Of a stretch of 61,050 nucleotides of DNA, positions 56,551-61,050 are shown piece by piece. The notes beneath the pieces are model-generated. The model was not told where the DNA came from, did no database searches, and was given only the letters and a program-made list of their open reading frames with translations. Location: the IMG/VR virus record IMGVR_UViG_3300032075_000002, positions 1-61,050 of that record, one strand, 5' to 3'. This DNA comes from a virus (taxonomy: Duplodnaviria > Caudoviricetes). How positions within the stretch are numbered: position 1 is the first letter of the stretch; each line of letters starts with the position of its first letter. A program made the translations under genes and the position numbers.

Positions 56551-58161
56551 ATGGAGAACCTTACGGAACAGGGATCGGGGGAACTGGCGGATCTTCGCCG
56601 GTCCATCGAAGACCTGGAACTCAAGAACGAGGACCTTCTGCTCCGTGTGCAGGAGTCCATGGCCGACGTCAGCATCGCCATTGATGACCAGGGATGGTCG
56701 CCTCTCGGTGGCATGAACGAGGGCAACCACGAGATCCCGCTCAGCAAGGTCAAGAAGACCGCCGAGCTGTGCAGGGCGCTGGTCACCGTCAACCCCCTGG
56801 TCAAGCAGGGCGTCAACGTACGTACGTCGTTCATCTGGGGCGACGGCGTCAAGATTTCTGTGGACGGCTCATCACGAGGTCGGAAGCGGTCCACCAACAA
56901 GACTCTGCCGCCTTCGCTGGAGAGGGTGTTCGGATCCACGCTGGCACAGGCAGAACTGGAGCGTTCCGCAGCTTCGGACGGGAACTGGTTCTTCCTGTGC
57001 GACACCCGGACCAAGACGGTGACCCGCCTGCCTTTCTGGCAGATCAGTGGCGCCGTCACCCAGAACGGCGACTCCGAGAACATCCTCTACATCCGGCGTA
57101 CGTGGGATGACACCGAGACCGACCTGGACACCGGTACCAATTCCGGTGACCTGACGGACAAGTGGTACCCCACCTCGAACCACACCGGTCCGGTCGCGAC
57201 GAAGATCATGAACGTCGAGGTCGAGTCTTCGTGCAGGATCGTGCACGTTCCCTTCAACCGCATCGTCGGCTGGCGTTGGGGTATCCCCGACACCTTCACG
57301 GCCATCTTCTGGTCCAAGGCGTACAAGGAGTTCCTTGAGAACTGCGCGACGCTCACCAAGGCGTACGCCAGGTTCGCGTGGAAGGTGACCAGTGCGTCCG
57401 GCAAGGGCACCGCGCGGGTAGCCAGCCAGCTCGCCAGCGAGCCCGGCCGCGACCCGATCACCGGCCAGAGCCGCGCCGTGGGCGCCTCGGTCGCGCTGGG
57501 CGCCGGGCAAGACCTGACCGCGATCTCCCGCTCCACCTCGGTAGACTTCAACGCAGGGCGCCCGCTCGCCGCGATGGTCGCTGCCGGTCTGGGTGTACCG
57601 CTGCCCATGCTGACCAGCGACCCGGGTGAAGGTTCGCGCTCCACAGCGGAGACGCTGGACGAGCCGACCAAGAAGTCCATGAAGGCCAGGCAGCGTATGG
57701 CTGACTGGGCTATCAAGGAATGCGCCCGGATGATCCGGATGGAAGTCACGATCGAGTGGCCGGACATCGACCCCGAGCCGACGCACCGACTGATCCAGGC
57801 GATCGACATGGCCGGTCGTTCTGGCGTCCTCTTCCCGAAGGAATGGCGAGAGATGCTTCTCGAAGCCCTCGGTGAGAAGTGGCTGGAGAAGTTCCCCGAG
57901 CGTGTTCCCAACGAGGAGCAGGTGCCGCTGATCCTGAAGAACAGCGTCCCCAAGAGCGAGGCCGAGCAAGAGAAGGAAGACCAGCGGCAGATCGATCTGC
58001 TGAAGGCGAAGGCCGATGCCGCGCCGCCGCCGGTCGCTCCGGCACAGGGAGGCAAGCCTGGAGCACCGAGTCAGACCGGTGGCCCGAAGCAGCCGGACCC
58101 GCCCTCTCGCGGTGACAAGACTCTCCGAGACCAGGGTGGGCAGGCGCACACAGATCGCTGA
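56551..58161 (+). CDS. Portal protein
   Basis: GWSPL, NPLVKQGVNVR..IWG, SDGNWF, WGIPD, MVAAGLGVP; TATTAT-7nt-ATG suggests a leaderless start. Confidence 0.85.
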   Translation: MENLTEQGSGELADLRRSIEDLELKNEDLLLRVQESMADVSIAIDDQGWSPLGGMNEGNHEIPLSKVKKTAELCRALVTVNPLVKQGVNVRTSFIWGDGVKISVDGSSRGRKRSTNKTLPPSLERVFGSTLAQAELERSAASDGNWFFLCDTRTKTVTRLPFWQISGAVTQNGDSENILYIRRTWDDTETDLDTGTNSGDLTDKWYPTSNHTGPVATKIMNVEVESSCRIVHVPFNRIVGWRWGIPDTFTAIFWSKAYKEFLENCATLTKAYARFAWKVTSASGKGTARVASQLASEPGRDPITGQSRAVGASVALGAGQDLTAISRSTSVDFNAGRPLAAMVAAGLGVPLPMLTSDPGEGSRSTAETLDEPTKKSMKARQRMADWAIKECARMIRMEVTIEWPDIDPEPTHRLIQAIDMAGRSGVLFPKEWREMLLEALGEKWLEKFPERVPNEEQVPLILKNSVPKSEAEQEKEDQRQIDLLKAKADAAPPPVAPAQGGKPGAPSQTGGPKQPDPPSRGDKTLRDQGGQAHTDR

Positions 58162-58205
58162 CGGGATCGGGTATGGTAACAGGGACTAGCCAGAAGGGAG
58201 GCAGC

Positions 58206-59162
58206 ATGACGAGCACACTGTTCCTCGAATCGACCACCGTCACCCCCAGCAAGAGCAAGGGGATTTGGCGGGTCCGGCTGATCGAGGCCGACGTCATGGG
58301 GTCCAGCGGGTACTACAGCGCTGAAGTGCTGCGACGCGACGGGGCGACTGCCTTCCCCGAGGGCACCCACGTGTACTTCGACCACGCCACCGAGTCCGAG
58401 ACGTACGAGCGCCCGGAGCGCTCGGTCAAGGATCTCGCGGGCATGATGATCGAGGCGGCGAAGTACGAGGACGGGCCCGACGGCCGTGGCCTCTTCGCCC
58501 GGGTCCAGTTCTTCCCGGACCACAAGGAACGCGTAGAGGCGATGCACAGCGTGGTCGGCATGTCGATCCGTGCTGCCGGTACGATCGAAGAGTCCGAGTC
58601 GGGCCGCGTCGTGACCAGCATCGTCAAGGGCATATCCGTAGACATCGTCACCCACGCGGGTGCCGGAGGAAGGCTGATCAAGATGACCGAGTCCGCGAAG
58701 CCTGTACCGCAGGTGGCGCAGCTCAGCGAGGCCGACAAGGCCACGATGTCCGGACTCGCGTCCGGCATCGCCACGCTGAACACCACGATGTCCACGTTCC
58801 TGGAGAAGCTGGCCGAGAGCCAGACCAAGCAGGACGAGGTCGAGAAGCTCACCGTCGGCCAGCTCACGGCGAAGCTCGCCGAGTCCGGTCTCCCTGTGCC
58901 GAGCCAGACCCGCATCGCTGCGGCGTACGTGGACGGCCAGGACATCGACGCGGTGATCGAGGCGGAGAAGGCGTACGTCGCCGAGATCGCCGAAGCCAGC
59001 AAGGGCAGCTACACCGCCAACAACAAGAAGTCGCCGGTCGCCGGAACAGTTCCCGGCAAGGTCGAGGTGGATGACGACGAGGACGACACGAAGAAGGAGA
59101 AGACCGTCAAGGAGTCCTTCTCCGCCTTCTCGTCCCTCTTCGGCACCAAGCTCTCCGGCTGA
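58206..59162 (+). CDS. Capsid maturation protease/scaffold fusion
   Basis: GSSGYYS.EVL, YFDH, ERSVKDLAG, GMSIRA, SVDIVTHAGAGG; helical C-terminus. Confidence 0.85.
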   Translation: MTSTLFLESTTVTPSKSKGIWRVRLIEADVMGSSGYYSAEVLRRDGATAFPEGTHVYFDHATESETYERPERSVKDLAGMMIEAAKYEDGPDGRGLFARVQFFPDHKERVEAMHSVVGMSIRAAGTIEESESGRVVTSIVKGISVDIVTHAGAGGRLIKMTESAKPVPQVAQLSEADKATMSGLASGIATLNTTMSTFLEKLAESQTKQDEVEKLTVGQLTAKLAESGLPVPSQTRIAAAYVDGQDIDAVIEAEKAYVAEIAEASKGSYTANNKKSPVAGTVPGKVEVDDDEDDTKKEKTVKESFSAFSSLFGTKLSG

Positions 59163-59181
59163 GAACAGGAAGGAGTGACTG

Positions 59182-59601
59182 ATGGCTACGAACGAAGTTT
59201 TCAAGCACAGCGACTGGATCGCACTGCCGATCGATCCGTCCGACCTCAAGGTCGTCAACGGCGACCCGGTGAAGGTCAACGGTCTGGTCGGTGTGGCGCA
59301 GGTGGTCGGCGGGCAGCAGCTCACCTACACCATCGGCACCATGACCGTCACCCACGAGGAGGGGTCGACCTCCCTGGAGGACGGCTACATGTCGGTGGCC
59401 CTCACCGGTGCCTTCGCCTTCGCGGTCACCGGCGCCACCGGCTCCACCGAGATGGGCACTCCGGTGTACTTCACGGTGGGCAACAGCAGCACCTCGTCCA
59501 CGCTGACCACCACGTCCGGCGCGGGCCTCGGCTTCGGCCACATCGTCAACCGTACGTCCGACGGACGCTTCGTCGTCCGCCTCGCGGGGGTGGCTTTCTG
59601 A
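59182..59601 (+). CDS. Capsid decoration/cement protein (DUF2190-like)
   Basis: MATN...GDPVKVNGLVGVA...GAFAFAV; directly before capsid. Confidence 0.7.
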   Translation: MATNEVFKHSDWIALPIDPSDLKVVNGDPVKVNGLVGVAQVVGGQQLTYTIGTMTVTHEEGSTSLEDGYMSVALTGAFAFAVTGATGSTEMGTPVYFTVGNSSTSSTLTTTSGAGLGFGHIVNRTSDGRFVVRLAGVAF

Positions 59602-60812
59602 TGAACGTGAACATCCCCGAGCACAAGCAGCGCCTGCTCGCCAAGCTCACCGCCAAGACCGAGTCCTACCTCCGCGAGTCCGCCAAGGGCGCGAAGCTGG
59701 TCACCGATCTGCGCAATGCCATCGACGGCAACCAGCGCAGCATGGCCTACCTGAAGGAAGCCGTGGCCTCCACGGACTTCCCGATGCTCTTCGGCCAGGT
59801 CACCCAGATCGCCATGCAGGGCCAGTACGCCCGGCTGCCGCAGCAGTGGACCGCCTGGTCCTCACGCTACGTGGTGAGCAACCTGAAGAACCAGCGCGTG
59901 ATGGACTGGAACATCACCCGCGACCAGCTCCTGCTCAGCAACGGCGGCGCCACCCGGCACGACATGGCACTGCCCCGTGTCCCCGAGCTGACCGAGTACC
60001 CCACGTTCTCCCTGGAGAGCCGTGGTCAGGAGTGGGGCATCCAGAAGTTCGGTGCCCGGTTCCCGTTCTCCTTCGAGGCGTTCCTGAACGACGAGTTCCA
60101 GGTCATCCAGGACATGCCCGGCGAGATGGCCGCCATGGGCAGCGACACCGAGGACGTGCTCACGACCTCCGTCATCGCCGACTCCACCGGCCCCAACCCG
60201 ACGTACTTCAACACGTCGTGGGACTTCGGCACACAGGCCGACGCGGGCAACATCCTGGACGGCAACCCCGAGCTGTCCGTCGAGGCCCTCGAACTGGCCA
60301 TGCAGCAGATCGGCCTGCGCCAGGTCAACGGTCGCCAGGTGACGGTGCCGAACGGCTGGGTCCTCGTGGTCCCGCCCGCGCTCAGCATCCGTGCCAACGA
60401 GATCGCCGCGATCGACCGCGAGGAGATCGTGGAGGGCGACCCGGTCACTGGACGGCAGCGCCGGTTCCAGCGGGCGAACCAGGCCCGTGGCCGGTTCACC
60501 GTCCAGGTCAACCAGTGGCTGCCGCTGATCGACACCTCGGTCACCAGTGCCACCACTTGGTACCTGCTGCCCGCCGGGGGTACCACTGGTACCCGACGCG
60601 CCATCATCACCGGCTTCCTGGCCGGTCACGAGGCGCCGGAGCTGCGGATCAAGGGCGACGGCGGTTCGAGCATCGGCGGCGGGGACATCTCGCCGTTCGA
60701 GGGTTCGTTCTCGCACGACGACATCCAGTACCGCGTCCGCCACTTCGTCGGTGCTTCCGGCATCGACCCGTCGCCGTCGATGGCGTCGCGTGGCACCAAC
60801 ACGGACTCCTGA
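59601..60812 (+). CDS. Major capsid protein
   Basis: EAVASTDFP, LPRVPELTEYP, KFGARF, WYLLP, DIQYRVRH. Confidence 0.88.
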   Translation: MNVNIPEHKQRLLAKLTAKTESYLRESAKGAKLVTDLRNAIDGNQRSMAYLKEAVASTDFPMLFGQVTQIAMQGQYARLPQQWTAWSSRYVVSNLKNQRVMDWNITRDQLLLSNGGATRHDMALPRVPELTEYPTFSLESRGQEWGIQKFGARFPFSFEAFLNDEFQVIQDMPGEMAAMGSDTEDVLTTSVIADSTGPNPTYFNTSWDFGTQADAGNILDGNPELSVEALELAMQQIGLRQVNGRQVTVPNGWVLVVPPALSIRANEIAAIDREEIVEGDPVTGRQRRFQRANQARGRFTVQVNQWLPLIDTSVTSATTWYLLPAGGTTGTRRAIITGFLAGHEAPELRIKGDGGSSIGGGDISPFEGSFSHDDIQYRVRHFVGASGIDPSPSMASRGTNTDS

Positions 60813-60833
60813 TCTAGGAGCCCGTCCATGACG

Positions 60834-60875
60834 GAGGCCCCACCCCGGCTGATCCCCTGGGGTGGGGCCTCTTCA
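60834..60875. terminator. Terminator after capsid gene
   Basis: GAGGCCCCACCCC...GGGGTGGGGCCTC followed by TTC. Confidence 0.8.
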
Positions 60876-60883
60876 TGTGCTTG

Positions 60884-60962
60884 CTGGTCTGGATGGATTC
60901 GAACCATCGTCTCCGGCGTAGGGGCGACCTAGCCGACATCCTGCCTATTGGAAGACAGACCA
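60884..60962 (-). ncRNA. tRNA-like element with extended anticodon arm
   Basis: TGGTCTG/CAGACCA acceptor; D-loop AATAGGCA; TCGGC/GCCGG stem enclosing 14 nt (TAGG-TCGCC-CCTA); T-arm GATGG-TTCGAAT-CCATC. Confidence 0.82.
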
Positions 60963-61050
60963 TCACACGAAACCCCCAGTCGGATGGACCGCTGACCGCC
61001 GTGGTGGTCTAAGCCCAACTCGCTGGGGGTTCGTGTAGCTCGACTACTCC

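Noticed and set aside
60924-61050. Terminal repeat as a biological direct terminal repeat
   Set aside because: Exactly 127 nt and it cuts through a tRNA-like element; typical assembler overlap

Overview
A complete, circularly assembled genome (about 60.9 kb; bases 1-127 repeat as 60924-61050) of a high-GC actinobacterial siphovirus, most likely infecting Streptomyces. The + strand carries packaging, lysis and virion genes: a terminase with a class 3 intein, amidase-LysM lysin, holin, portal, protease/scaffold, capsid, neck, tail, tape measure and minor tail genes. Two inverted genes interrupt this block, a double glycosyltransferase and a GDPD-bearing fibre-like protein, and two SAM methyltransferases and an HNH nuclease are inserted in it. 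The - strand from about 47.2 kb to 20.4 kb is a long early/replication arm: HU/IHF, RecT-like, SF2 helicase, 2H phosphoesterase, Cas4-like nuclease, primase-helicase, PolA and RuvC-like. I saw no integrase. The most striking signal is non-coding. The early arm starts like a host rRNA operon, with tandem TTGACA promoters and an actinobacterial rrn boxA/leader copy, then a ~630 nt ORF-poor structured leader. It is then punctuated by at least 8 intergenic tRNA-like elements (a 9th lies near the capsid gene). These keep acceptor stem and T-arm but have no functional anticodon, which suggests a tRNA-mimic RNA-processing or decoy system. Other oddities are a spacer-less four-way palindrome beside an AT-rich island, two islands sharing a CTAATTC motif, and a genome-wide excess of CTGTGCC/GGCACAG. 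All calls come from manual reading; no searches were run.
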